Below, piece by piece: positions 9,916 to 19,426 of a stretch of 40,000 nt of DNA. The stretch is from Clostridium sp. MD294. Lineage in GTDB: Bacteria > Bacillota > Clostridia > Lachnospirales > Anaerotignaceae. Where the stretch lies: NCBI RefSeq assembly GCF_000364165.2, contig NZ_CP097810.1:1574130-1614129 (forward strand), in the 5' to 3' direction. The notes beneath the pieces were generated by a model. It was not told the DNA's origin, ran no database searches, and saw nothing but the letters and a program-made list of their open reading frames with translations. Each line of letters opens with the position of its first letter. The first letter of the stretch is position 1. The translations under genes were made by a program, and so were the position numbers.

Positions 9916-10005
9916 GAAAGTATTATCATATGTGAAATAAGGAGAGGGTTTATTCAAAGGAGTGTAGTATGATGTATTTGTGAAAAAAATTAACGATACA
10001 AAGAA

Positions 10006-10488
10006 ATGGGGAATGTTTTCATTATGAAAGAGAAGAAATTTCAAAATATAGAAAAAAAGGAAAGGGTTCAGATGAAAAAGAAGCTGTTCAGATGGGGGAG
10101 AACACTTGATTTTTGTCAAAGAAAACAAAGAGAGATTGATAAACTTCAAAAAATGGCAAAACAGTTTTTTATATTGGGAAAAAACGCACCATTTTTAGGA
10201 GAAGAAGTAGTCACTTTGGAAGAAGCAAAACAGATTTATGAAAGAGAAATCATAAAAATTGTGGAGTATATAGAGAAGGAGATGGAAGAATATTCAAAAA
10301 TGGGGAGATATATAGAACAGTTGGAATATGAGGAACAAATATTTTTAAAATTGAGATATGAAAAAGAGTATCAGTATAACTATATATCATTACAGCTTCA
10401 TAAAAGTAGAGCAAAATGCTTTAGGGACCATGATGTAATATTAGATAAGTTGATAGTGATATGCAAAGAACAAAAATTAGCCGCATAA
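10006..10488 (+). CDS. putative late-gene activator (Xpf/ArpU/RinA-like, sigma region-4-like C-terminus)
   Basis: Sits directly upstream of the small terminase gene, as xpf does in PBSX. The C-terminal EQIFLKLRYEKE..YISLQLHKSRAKCFR stretch resembles a region-4 HTH. The start could be ATG 10024. Confidence 0.4.
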   Translation: MGNVFIMKEKKFQNIEKKERVQMKKKLFRWGRTLDFCQRKQREIDKLQKMAKQFFILGKNAPFLGEEVVTLEEAKQIYEREIIKIVEYIEKEMEEYSKMGRYIEQLEYEEQIFLKLRYEKEYQYNYISLQLHKSRAKCFRDHDVILDKLIVICKEQKLAA

Positions 10489-10591
10489 ATAAAATAAAAA
10501 TGCTAGTGAAAATATAGAAAAAGTTGTAATAAAAAAATGAGACTTTTTGAGATTTTACAAAATATATTCTGTAGAGGAAAGGAGGAAAAGT

Positions 10592-10975
10592 ATGAAAAAA
10601 GGCTTGAGTAAAAATGAAATTGTGTTTTGCCGCCTGAAGGCAGAAGGGAAAACAGACTTGCAGGCGGCAGAAGGAGCAGGCTATGTAGAAGAATATGGTA
10701 AAAACTTGTTAAAAAAGGAATATATACAAAAAGAAATAAAAAGATTGTTAGAAGAAAAAAGGAAAGAAGAAATTGCTAATGATACAGATATATTGCAGTT
10801 TTTAACAAGTGTGATGAAAGGAGATGCCTATAAAGAAAAAAGTGATGCTGCTATAAAAGATAGAATGAAAGCAGCGGAGTTGTTGGGGAAAAGACAAAAT
10901 GTGTTTGAACAAATAGAGAATAAAAATGATGTAGTAATTATAGTAGATGATATAGTAAATAAAGGGAAGTGCTGA
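10592..10975 (+). CDS. terminase small subunit
   Basis: AGGAGG RBS then ATG at 10592. The N-terminal HTH-like LSKNEIVFCRLKAEGKTDLQAAEGAGY and KDRMKAAELLGK are typical of Terminase_2/XtmA-like proteins. Immediately precedes the large subunit. Confidence 0.7.
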   Translation: MKKGLSKNEIVFCRLKAEGKTDLQAAEGAGYVEEYGKNLLKKEYIQKEIKRLLEEKRKEEIANDTDILQFLTSVMKGDAYKEKSDAAIKDRMKAAELLGKRQNVFEQIENKNDVVIIVDDIVNKGKC

Positions 10976-10979
10976 AGGA

Positions 10980-12227
10980 ATGAAAGAAAATAAAATTCAG
11001 CTTTCAAAATTAATTGCGAAATCGTTTTATGAAGTACATAAAGATATTTGGTGTGAAAATAATACACATTATTGGTTAAAAGGAGGACGAGGCAGTACAA
11101 AATCATCATTTGTTTCATTAGAAATTGTGTTAGGTATCATGAAAGATAAACAAGCGAATGGTGTAGTACTTAGAAAAGTAGGGGTTCATATAAAAGATAG
11201 TGTGTTTGAGCAAATATGGTGGGCAATATCTGTTTTGGAAGTAGAACAACAATGGGAAGGGAAACAGTCATCACCGCTAGAAATAACATATATACCTACA
11301 GGACAAAAAATATTATTTAGGGGAGCAGATAATCCCAAAAAAATAAAATCCATAAAATGCCGAAAAGGATATGTAAAATATATATGGTATGAAGAAACAG
11401 ATGAATTTTCAGGAATGGCAGAGATAAGAAATATAAATCAGTCATTGATGAGAGGCGGTAAAAAATTTGTAGTATTTTATACCTATAACCCTCCAAAAAG
11501 TAAAATGAATTGGGTAAATAAAGAAGTTGAAAGAAAAAGAGAAGATAAATATATACATCATAGCACTTATGAAGAAGTACCCCAACAGTGGCTGGGAGAG
11601 CAATTTTTTATAGAAGCGGAGCATTTAAAACAGGTACAACCCGAAGTGTATCAACATGAATATATGGGAGAAGTGGTAGATACAGAAGGGACAGTGTTTC
11701 AAAATATAGTATTGAGAGAAATTACACAAGAGGAGATAGCTGCATTTGATAATGTGTCTAGAGGATTGGATTGGGGATATGCAATAGACCCACTGCATTA
11801 TACAGTAAATCACTATGATAAAACAAGGAAAAAACTTTATATATATTTTGAGATACAACAAAGGGGATTAAGTAATAGAAAAACATATGAAATGATAAAA
11901 CAAGAAAATAAACAAAATGGGGTAATTGTAGCAGATAGTGCAGAACCAAAATCTATAGCAGAAATGCAGTCGTATGGTTTGAGAATGATAGGAGCAAAAA
12001 AGGGACCTGATAGCGTAAACTATGGTATAAAATGGCTGCAAAGTCTGGAACAGATAGTAATAGATGAAAAAAGATGTCCTAATACAGCAAGAGAATTTTT
12101 TGAATATGAATTAGAGAGGGATATTGATAATAAATGGCTGTCAAAATTTCCAGATAAAAATAACCATGCAATAGATGCAGTGCGATATGCAAGGGAATAT
12201 GATATGCGAAATGTAAAAGTAACATAA
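10980..12227 (+). CDS. terminase large subunit (PBSX/XtmB family)
   Basis: 415 aa with a Walker A-like GGRGSTKS, WYEETDE (Walker B) and a C-terminal nuclease HAIDAVRYA motif. Confidence 0.9.
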   Translation: MKENKIQLSKLIAKSFYEVHKDIWCENNTHYWLKGGRGSTKSSFVSLEIVLGIMKDKQANGVVLRKVGVHIKDSVFEQIWWAISVLEVEQQWEGKQSSPLEITYIPTGQKILFRGADNPKKIKSIKCRKGYVKYIWYEETDEFSGMAEIRNINQSLMRGGKKFVVFYTYNPPKSKMNWVNKEVERKREDKYIHHSTYEEVPQQWLGEQFFIEAEHLKQVQPEVYQHEYMGEVVDTEGTVFQNIVLREITQEEIAAFDNVSRGLDWGYAIDPLHYTVNHYDKTRKKLYIYFEIQQRGLSNRKTYEMIKQENKQNGVIVADSAEPKSIAEMQSYGLRMIGAKKGPDSVNYGIKWLQSLEQIVIDEKRCPNTAREFFEYELERDIDNKWLSKFPDKNNHAIDAVRYAREYDMRNVKVT

Positions 12228-12244
12228 AAGGAAGGAGGGAAAAA

Positions 12245-13822
12245 ATGTATATCACAGAATTGGAATTGATGAAAGCGAAATTACAGTCAGAGAAAAAATG
12301 GAGCGAAAGTGAACTACTAAAAATGCTCATAGCAGAAGATGAAAATAGTAAAAAGAAAAAGGAAATGATAGAAGGAGAAAAATATTATTGCTGTGAGCAT
12401 AATGTGTTACAAAAGAACTTTTCAGTAAGACATTTTTCAGAAACATATAAAAATACACAAGGAGAAGAACAAGAAAGAATAAAATTACTTTCTAATCCAA
12501 ATAGAAGTAATCATCATGTAGTATGTCCTTTTCATCATATTTTGGTAGAACAGAAAGTTTCTTATTTGGTAGCAAAAGAGCCAAGCATATTAGTAAGGGG
12601 AAAAGAAATAACAGAATATGAAAGATATATGACAACAGTAGCAAATGAAGTATTTAATGGGGTGTTGTATGAGTGGCTTGTTGGGGCATCAAATAAAGGA
12701 ATAGAGTATGTTCATGTTTATTATGATAAAGAGGGCGTATTGCAGTATTGTGTTGTACCAGCGGAAGAATTGATTGTATTTTATAATTCTGTAAATAAAA
12801 AAGAAATAGAGCAAGTAATAAGATATTATCAATTTGTAGTAGTAGAAAATGGTAAAGAAAAAATAGTAAAAAAGGTAGAATGGTGGACAAAACAAGATGT
12901 CACATATTATATAGAAAAAGGAGATGGAAGCTATAAAAAAGAAGAACAACAAAAAATAGGACATTGGACAGTAGTAAAAGGAAAACAAGAACAGACAGAG
13001 AAAGAGCAACATGGTTGGGGGAGAGTACCATTTATAGCACTTCGAAATAATAGTAAAGAAATGTCTGATTTAAAAATGATAAAAGGCTTGGTAGATGCTT
13101 ATGATTTGATATGTAGTGAAGGAACAAATAGCTTGTTGGATTTGGTAGAACTGTATTGGGTAATAGCAGGATATGGAGGAGAAACAGCAAATGCCATAAC
13201 AAAAAAATTGCAAGTCAATAGAGCAGTACAAATTTCAGATGCTTCTGGAAAAGTAGAAACGAAACAGGTACATTTGCCTATAGAGGGTAGAATAGAATGG
13301 CTGAAATTGTTGAGAAAAGATATATTTCATTTTGGTATGGGAGTAGATACAGATAGTGAAAGATTGGGGAATGCACCAAGTGGAGTATCATTAAAATTTC
13401 AGTATGCTATGTTTAATTTAAAAATCAATGGCATAATACCTGAAATTAAAAAAGCATTGAAAGAGTTTTTTTGGTTTTTAATAGAAGATAATAATAGAAA
13501 AAATGGTACAGAATATGATGTAAATCAATTAGATTTTAGATTAAATCTAAATAGCATAACAGATGATATAGAAACAGTAAATATGATAACAGCATCAAAA
13601 GGTATTGTAAGCGAAAAAACACTTTTGGCACAGCACCCATTTGTACAAGATGTAAATAGTGAAATGGAAGCAATAAAACAAGAAAAAGAAAGGAATGAGA
13701 AATATCATGCAGATGGAGAAAATAGACAAACAAGAGCAATACAAAACAAAAGAACAAGAATACCAGCAGAAAATAGCACAGTTGAAAAAAGAAAAGGAAG
13801 AATTGAAACAGCAATACAATGA
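12245..13822 (+). CDS. portal protein (SPP1 gp6-like)
   Basis: 525 aa, positioned after the terminase, with an overall portal-like pattern. The charged C-terminal tail overlaps the next ORF by more than 100 nt. Confidence 0.8.
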   Translation: MYITELELMKAKLQSEKKWSESELLKMLIAEDENSKKKKEMIEGEKYYCCEHNVLQKNFSVRHFSETYKNTQGEEQERIKLLSNPNRSNHHVVCPFHHILVEQKVSYLVAKEPSILVRGKEITEYERYMTTVANEVFNGVLYEWLVGASNKGIEYVHVYYDKEGVLQYCVVPAEELIVFYNSVNKKEIEQVIRYYQFVVVENGKEKIVKKVEWWTKQDVTYYIEKGDGSYKKEEQQKIGHWTVVKGKQEQTEKEQHGWGRVPFIALRNNSKEMSDLKMIKGLVDAYDLICSEGTNSLLDLVELYWVIAGYGGETANAITKKLQVNRAVQISDASGKVETKQVHLPIEGRIEWLKLLRKDIFHFGMGVDTDSERLGNAPSGVSLKFQYAMFNLKINGIIPEIKKALKEFFWFLIEDNNRKNGTEYDVNQLDFRLNLNSITDDIETVNMITASKGIVSEKTLLAQHPFVQDVNSEMEAIKQEKERNEKYHADGENRQTRAIQNKRTRIPAENSTVEKRKGRIETAIQ

Positions 13823-14099
13823 AAAATTAAAACAGTATGTAGTACAGTCTGCATTAAAACAAGCAGGAGGAAGAAATACAAAAGCATTATTAGCATTGGT
13901 GGAATTGCAAGATATTGTTTTAAATGAAGATGGAACAGTAGAAGGATTGGATATAAAAAAATTAAAAAGAGAAGTCCCTTATTTATTTGAGGAAGAAAAC
14001 AAAAAAATAGAGGGAACGGGATATTATAGTACAAATAAAAAAGTAGATAAAAAAAGTGAAGCAGCAAAACAGTTTCAAACAGCATTGATGAGAAGATAA
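13707..14099 (+). CDS. scaffolding protein (GP20-like)
   Basis: Coiled-coil K/E/Q-rich ~130-aa protein between portal and capsid. The start is ambiguous (ATG 13695, 13707 or 13713). Confidence 0.55.
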   Translation: MQMEKIDKQEQYKTKEQEYQQKIAQLKKEKEELKQQYNEKLKQYVVQSALKQAGGRNTKALLALVELQDIVLNEDGTVEGLDIKKLKREVPYLFEEENKKIEGTGYYSTNKKVDKKSEAAKQFQTALMRR

Positions 14100-14115
14100 A
14101 AGGAGGAAAAATAGT

Positions 14116-15039
14116 ATGAGTATCAATACAATAGAATATGCAAAAATATTTATGGAAGCGTTAGATGAACAGCTAATAGCAGGAGCAACAAGTGGCTGGA
14201 TGGAAGAAAATAGTGGACAGATACAGTATACTGGAGGAAATGAGGTAAAAATACCAAAAATAGAATTGAATGGTCTGGGTACATATGATAGAGATAATGG
14301 ATTTGTGCAAGGTGCAGTAACATTGACATATGAAACAAAACAAATGACACAAGATAGAGGAAGAACATTTCAACTTGATGCGATAGATGTAGATGAAACA
14401 AATTTTGCATTGGTAGCAGGGAATGTAATGGGAGAATTTCAGAGAACAAAAGTAATACCAGAAATTGACGCATATCGCTATAGTAAAATAGCAGAATTGG
14501 CAACAGAAAGTAAAAAAGTGTCTTATTATCATGCTGAGAAAGATAGTATTGTACAAAAACTTTTAGAAGAAATCACAATAATAAAAGATATTGTAGGAGA
14601 TGAAAATGAAGTAATTGTAACAATGTCAACAAAAATAGCCAATTTGTTAGATATAGCAAGTAACCATATGTTGGAAAGTGGTGTTTTTGAACAGGGAAAA
14701 GTGGAATTGAAAGTTAAAAATATAGATGGAAGTCCTATTATAAGAGTGCCTTCTGCAAGATTAAAAACAAGCTATCAATTTTTTGATGGAGTAACAACAG
14801 GAGAAACAGAAGGTGGATTTGAAGCAAAAACAGATGCAAAAGATATAAATTGGATTATAGCAGTACGTCATGCGTTAATAGGAGTGTCTAAAACAGATGT
14901 AACAAGAATATTCGACCCATTAACAAATCAAAAAGCAAATGCTTGGAAAATTGACTATAGAAAATACCATGATTTGTGGATACCAGATAATGCAATAGAA
15001 GGAATATGGGTAAATATTGATGGACAAGCAACAGCATGA
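14116..15039 (+). CDS. major capsid protein (XkdG-like)
   Basis: 307 aa with a GGAGG RBS, positioned after the scaffold. The N-terminus MSINTIEYAKIF..LDEQL resembles PBSX-type capsid proteins. Confidence 0.8.
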   Translation: MSINTIEYAKIFMEALDEQLIAGATSGWMEENSGQIQYTGGNEVKIPKIELNGLGTYDRDNGFVQGAVTLTYETKQMTQDRGRTFQLDAIDVDETNFALVAGNVMGEFQRTKVIPEIDAYRYSKIAELATESKKVSYYHAEKDSIVQKLLEEITIIKDIVGDENEVIVTMSTKIANLLDIASNHMLESGVFEQGKVELKVKNIDGSPIIRVPSARLKTSYQFFDGVTTGETEGGFEAKTDAKDINWIIAVRHALIGVSKTDVTRIFDPLTNQKANAWKIDYRKYHDLWIPDNAIEGIWVNIDGQATA

Positions 15040-15055
15040 GCAGGTGATAAATAAA

Positions 15056-15487
15056 ATGAAACAAAATGATGAAAAAGAGCAATATTTTGTGACAGTAGAA
15101 GAAGTATATCAAAAAATAAAAGAGCTTAGAAAAAGTAAAGAAGAAATAAAAGAAAATGAAATAGAACAACAAACAGAGCAAGAAATAGAACAAATAGATG
15201 ATATATTGCTTTTTGCAAGTGAAAGAAGTATTGAAATGGTAAAGGGCTATTGTAATATAGAAAAAGTACCAAAAGAATTAAAGAATGTTTGTGTAGAAAT
15301 AACAATGTTGCTTTATGATAATGAGAATTATAGAGAAGAAGAAAAAAATGCTCGCTTGAAAAGTATAACAGAAGGTAATGTTTCGGTAAGCTACCAAAGT
15401 GAAAAAAGTAGTTGGAGAGAGCAAAAAAATGTTTTGTTGAGAACATTTTCAGAGGAATTAGATAAATTTAGAAATATGAAATGGTAG
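15056..15487 (+). CDS. head-tail connector (gp6-like / QLRG family)
   Basis: ATG 15056 after AGGTGA. The C-terminal LKSITEGNVSVSY motif is typical of Phage_connect_1 proteins. Confidence 0.6.
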   Translation: MKQNDEKEQYFVTVEEVYQKIKELRKSKEEIKENEIEQQTEQEIEQIDDILLFASERSIEMVKGYCNIEKVPKELKNVCVEITMLLYDNENYREEEKNARLKSITEGNVSVSYQSEKSSWREQKNVLLRTFSEELDKFRNMKW

Positions 15488-15524
15488 TAGTGAAATAGTA
15501 AGGGGAGGGAAAAGAGGTGAAAAT

Positions 15525-15884
15525 ATTATAAAAAGAACAAAAAGAGAAGTAGAGAAATTTTTTAATGAAAAATGTACTGTAACAGTATGGGAAAAACAAA
15601 AACAAAATTGGGGAGAAATATTGTTTGTAGAAAAAGAAGAAAAAAAACAAATAAAATGTAGATTGTGTAGAAGCCCTAAAATAGTAGTAAAAAATGGTGT
15701 TTTACCTGCAAAAATACTATATGATGCAGTATTGTTGTTTTGTAAAGAAGATGTGATAAAGGCAGGAAGTAATATAGAAATAGAGAAGGAGGGAGGGGAA
15801 AATATTGTATTTAAAAGTGTAGGAGAAATGGTAAGTTATAGTACACACAATGAAATTGCATTAAAAAGAGAAGATATAGCATAA
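15525..15884 (+). CDS. head-closure / head-tail adaptor-like protein (non-canonical start inferred)
   Basis: The frame is open from 15480. There is no ATG, GTG or TTG before 15621, but coding-like sequence (IIKRTKREVEKFFNEKCTVTVWEK...) begins at ATT 15525, 5 nt after GAGGTG. Confidence 0.4.
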   Translation: MIKRTKREVEKFFNEKCTVTVWEKQKQNWGEILFVEKEEKKQIKCRLCRSPKIVVKNGVLPAKILYDAVLLFCKEDVIKAGSNIEIEKEGGENIVFKSVGEMVSYSTHNEIALKREDIA

Positions 15885-15901
15885 AAAAGGGGGGAAAGTG
15901 A

Positions 15902-16342
15902 GTGGAGAAAGGGATATTACAAATTATAAAAGAAATTGTAATAAAAACAATAGCAGAACAATTTGAACAAAGTGAAGTATATGGGGAAGAAGTACCTCAA
16001 AATGGAAGTAAAAATTGTTTTGGAGTAAGTGTAAAAAGTGTAGAACAGAAACCACTTTTAAAGGGTAGACGAGAACAATGGATAACAATGAATGTAGAGT
16101 ATAGAAATGATGTAGAAAAAAGAGAAAAAGCAGAAAGTATAGAAAAAGTAGAAATACTTTATGATGTGTTGTCATTGATAGGGGAAGGGAAAAATAAATT
16201 TTTTGCAGTAAAAATGCAGCATAATATGACAGAAAAAGGATTTCAATTTGAAGTAACTTACTATGTGCAAATTATGCCTGTTGTAACACAAAGAAAAATG
16301 GAAAGATTAGAATATAATGGAAGTCAAGTAGTAGGATATTAA
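15902..16342 (+). CDS. tail completion / head-tail joining protein (XkdI/J position)
   Basis: 146 aa with a GTG start after GGGGGGAAAG. Its position between connector and sheath genes is the only support for the function. Confidence 0.45.
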   Translation: MEKGILQIIKEIVIKTIAEQFEQSEVYGEEVPQNGSKNCFGVSVKSVEQKPLLKGRREQWITMNVEYRNDVEKREKAESIEKVEILYDVLSLIGEGKNKFFAVKMQHNMTEKGFQFEVTYYVQIMPVVTQRKMERLEYNGSQVVGY

Positions 16343-16361
16343 AAAATAAGGAGGAAAAGGA

Positions 16362-16535
16362 GTGCAAGAAGAAAGAAATGTGTATGAAAAAGAACAGTTT
16401 TTGAAAAGTAAAAATAAAAAGTGGAATAAAGATGTTGTACAAGCAGTATTAAAAGAAGGGAAACAGTATAGTAAAAAAGAAGCCGAGAGATTAGTCAAAA
16501 TGTATTTAGAGGGAAAAAGAGAAAGGAGAAGATGA
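16362..16535 (+). CDS. small hypothetical phage protein (57 aa, below the track cutoff)
   Basis: GTG at 16362 lies 6 nt after AAGGAGGAAAAGGA. It fills the gap before the sheath gene, and its stop at 16533-16535 is 6 nt before the sheath ATG. Confidence 0.4.
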   Translation: MQEERNVYEKEQFLKSKNKKWNKDVVQAVLKEGKQYSKKEAERLVKMYLEGKRERRR

Positions 16536-16541
16536 AAGCGT

Positions 16542-17849
16542 ATGGCATTAGGAGGAGGTACTTATTTAGTACAAAATAAAATATTACCTGGAGCATATAT
16601 CAATTTTGTATCACAACCGAGAGCGATGGGAACATTGGGGGAAAGAGGTACTGTGTGCATGGCACTAGAATTAGATTGGGGAAAAAGTGGCATGATGACA
16701 GTAGAGGCAGAAGAATTTCAAACAGAAGCACAAGATATATTTGGGTATGATTATACCCATGAAAAAATGCAACCACTGAGAGAATTGTTTTTGTATGCAA
16801 AAAAGGCATTGATTTATCGTTGTAATAGTGGAGAAAAGGCAAGTGTAAAAGTAGGAGAATGTACTGTACAGGCAAAATGTGGCGGAACAAGAGGAAATGA
16901 TATAAAAATTGTAATTGCAAAAAATGTAGATGATGAAACAGCATTTGATGTAAGGACATATTTAGATTTGGTATTGCAAGATACACAAACAGTAAAAACA
17001 ATAGAAGAATTGAATGAAAATACTTATGTAGTATTTCAGGGAACAGGGGCATTGCAGGCAAATGCAGGAGTCAATTTAACAGGTGGAACAAATAAAGAAG
17101 TAACAGGAAATGATTATGCTGATTTTTTGGAAGAAGCAGAAAAAGAGAATTTCAATGTGTTGGCTTATGCAGGAGAAGATGAAGTAACAAAAGGATTGTT
17201 TACAGCTTTTACAAAAAGATTAAGAAATGAAGAAGGCGTAAAATTTGTAACAGTGTTGTTTCAGTATACAAAAGCAGATTTTGAAGGCGTTATTTCTGTA
17301 ACAAATGAAACAGAAGAACAGAAAACAGGTCTGGTGTATTGGACAGCAGGAGCAGAAGCAGGGGCAGAAGTAAATGAAAGTATAACAAATAAAAAATATA
17401 ATGGGGAATATAGCGTTAAAGCAAAATATAAAAAATCAAAATTTATAGAAGGATTGCAAAATGGGGAATTTTTGTATTATGAAGATGGCGATGATATTAG
17501 AGTACTGAGAGATATTAATACATTTACGTCATTTGAAAGTAATAAAAATAGTGATTTTTCAAGTAATAGAGTAATACGAGTGTTAGATGCTATAGCGAAT
17601 GATGTAGCAAGAATATTTAGTCAGTATTATTTGGGAAAACAAAGTAATAATGATAATGGAAGAAATCTGTTAAAAGCGGAATTGATACAGTATCATGAAC
17701 AATTAGAAGGAATAGAAGCAATAGAGGGTTTTGAACCAGAAGATATTACAATTATGCAGGGAATAGAAAAACAAGATGTTGTAGTGTATGAGAAAGTAAA
17801 ACCAATAGATGCTATGGAAAAATTGTATATGAAAGTAGAAGTTATTTAA
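16542..17849 (+). CDS. contractile tail sheath protein (XkdK-like)
   Basis: 435 aa with the characteristic N-terminus GGGTYLVQNKILPGAYINFVS. Followed by the tube gene. Confidence 0.9.
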   Translation: MALGGGTYLVQNKILPGAYINFVSQPRAMGTLGERGTVCMALELDWGKSGMMTVEAEEFQTEAQDIFGYDYTHEKMQPLRELFLYAKKALIYRCNSGEKASVKVGECTVQAKCGGTRGNDIKIVIAKNVDDETAFDVRTYLDLVLQDTQTVKTIEELNENTYVVFQGTGALQANAGVNLTGGTNKEVTGNDYADFLEEAEKENFNVLAYAGEDEVTKGLFTAFTKRLRNEEGVKFVTVLFQYTKADFEGVISVTNETEEQKTGLVYWTAGAEAGAEVNESITNKKYNGEYSVKAKYKKSKFIEGLQNGEFLYYEDGDDIRVLRDINTFTSFESNKNSDFSSNRVIRVLDAIANDVARIFSQYYLGKQSNNDNGRNLLKAELIQYHEQLEGIEAIEGFEPEDITIMQGIEKQDVVVYEKVKPIDAMEKLYMKVEVI

Positions 17850-17869
17850 TTAGGTGAGGGGGTAATAAA

Positions 17870-18325
17870 ATGGCGTATTTGAGAGCAAAAGATACAATAA
17901 ATGGAGCATTGGGTACTTGCTTTGCGTTAATCAATGGAAATCGATATGAAATTATGCAGGCGAAAAATGTAGAGGCAAAAGTAGAGAAAACAAAATCAGA
18001 AATACCAATATTGGGGCTGACATCAAAACAGCATAAAGCTGGAGGCTGGAAAGGTACTGGAACAATGGAGGTGTATTATGTTTCAAGTTTGTTTAGAAAG
18101 GTAATGTTAGAGTATATGAAAAATGGGGTGGATACTTATTTTGAATTGCTTGTAACAAATGAAGACCCTACAAGTGAAACAGGGAAACAAACAGTACTTT
18201 TAAAAGGAGTTAATATTGATAGTATGTTTATTACAAAATTAGATGTAGATAAAGAAGCATTAGATGAAGTATTGACATTTACATTTAATGATGCAGATTT
18301 GCTAGAAGCGTTTGAAGAATTGTAA
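17870..18325 (+). CDS. tail tube protein (XkdM-like)
   Basis: 151 aa, immediately after the sheath gene. The AKDTINGALGTCFALINGNRYE pattern is typical of XkdM-type tubes. Confidence 0.8.
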   Translation: MAYLRAKDTINGALGTCFALINGNRYEIMQAKNVEAKVEKTKSEIPILGLTSKQHKAGGWKGTGTMEVYYVSSLFRKVMLEYMKNGVDTYFELLVTNEDPTSETGKQTVLLKGVNIDSMFITKLDVDKEALDEVLTFTFNDADLLEAFEEL

Positions 18326-18402
18326 AAAAAAGAAAATAAAACAGTCCTCCATCTTATTAGATGGGGGACGTATATTATATAAATAAAAAGGAGTGTAAGG
18401 GA

Positions 18403-18747
18403 ATGCAGGCATATTATAAACAAAATAGAAAAGAAATAAAAAATAAAAAAATAGTAATTTCTGAGAGATTGGTAGATAAACAAGGAAATGTAGTTGTGTG
18501 GGAAATAAGACCATTAAGCCAAAAAGAAAATGAAAATATATTAAAAAAATGTAGAGCAATGAAAGAAGAAGGAAAACAAAATTTGTATGAGGTAATGGTA
18601 TTGGTAGAAAGTGTTGTGTTTCCAGATTTAAGTAATGTAGAACTGCAAAATAAATACCATGTGATAGGAAAAGAAGCATTACTTTTAGAAATGTTGACAG
18701 CAGGAGAATATGAAAAGCTGAAAAATGTGGTGGAAGAAGTGCAGTAA
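18403..18747 (+). CDS. XkdN-like tail assembly chaperone, paralog 1 (no frameshift extension, no tape measure downstream)
   Basis: ATG 18403 after AAGGAG. Shares the W.I..L..KE block and the C-terminal EMLT.GEY..L block with 20409-20777. Confidence 0.7.
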   Translation: MQAYYKQNRKEIKNKKIVISERLVDKQGNVVVWEIRPLSQKENENILKKCRAMKEEGKQNLYEVMVLVESVVFPDLSNVELQNKYHVIGKEALLLEMLTAGEYEKLKNVVEEVQ

Positions 18748-18763
18748 AAGGGGAGGAAAAAAT

Positions 18764-19426
18764 ATGTATCGATTTTATATGAAACAAAATGGAGAACAAA
18801 TATTGCTGCCAGTAGCACCATCAGAATTGATAACAAATGTAGAAGGAGAAAGTGAGAGAGTAGAGTTAGTAGATATAGGAGAGGGAAGTATATTAAAAGA
18901 TATAGGATTGAGAAGAATTTCTTTTACAGTGTTGCTGCCAGCAGTACAGTATAGTTTTGTACAAACAGAAGGTGTATTTCAGCCACCTATATTTTTTTTA
19001 AATCAGTTTAGACAGTATAAAATGAGTAAAAAACCAGTAAGTTTGATTGTGTTTCGAAAGTTAGCAGATGGTACAGAATTGTTTAGTGGAAATATAGATG
19101 TTTCTTTTGAAAGATATACAGTACTGGAAAGGGGAGGAGAACAAGGTGATTTTTGGGTAGAAATCAATTTGAAAGAATATAGGAAAATCACATCTGCAAC
19201 ATATAAAATAGAGCAAAAAGAGGGACAAACAGTATTAGAAGAATATGGAGTAAAAAGAGAAGGAAAAGAAATTCCAAATACTTATACAGTAAAAAAGGGA
19301 GATAGTTTGTGGAAAATTGCACAAACAATGCTAAATGATGGTAGTCGCTATAAAGAAATTGCAGAAAAAAATAATATTGTAAATCCCAATAAAATACAGA
19401 TAGGACAAATACTGCGTTTGGGGTGA
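18764..19426 (+). CDS. LysM-domain tail/baseplate protein (XkdP-like)
   Basis: ATG 18764 after GGGGAGG. C-terminal LysM (YTVKKGDSLWKIAQTML..IQIGQILRL). Confidence 0.8.
   Translation: MYRFYMKQNGEQILLPVAPSELITNVEGESERVELVDIGEGSILKDIGLRRISFTVLLPAVQYSFVQTEGVFQPPIFFLNQFRQYKMSKKPVSLIVFRKLADGTELFSGNIDVSFERYTVLERGGEQGDFWVEINLKEYRKITSATYKIEQKEGQTVLEEYGVKREGKEIPNTYTVKKGDSLWKIAQTMLNDGSRYKEIAEKNNIVNPNKIQIGQILRLG

Noticed and set aside
9969-9983. A tiny ORF (MMYL-stop) with a good AAGGAG RBS between the rightward promoter and the activator gene.
   Set aside because: It is too short to support as a gene from sequence alone. It could be a leader peptide or a coincidence. It is noted only as context for the switch region.
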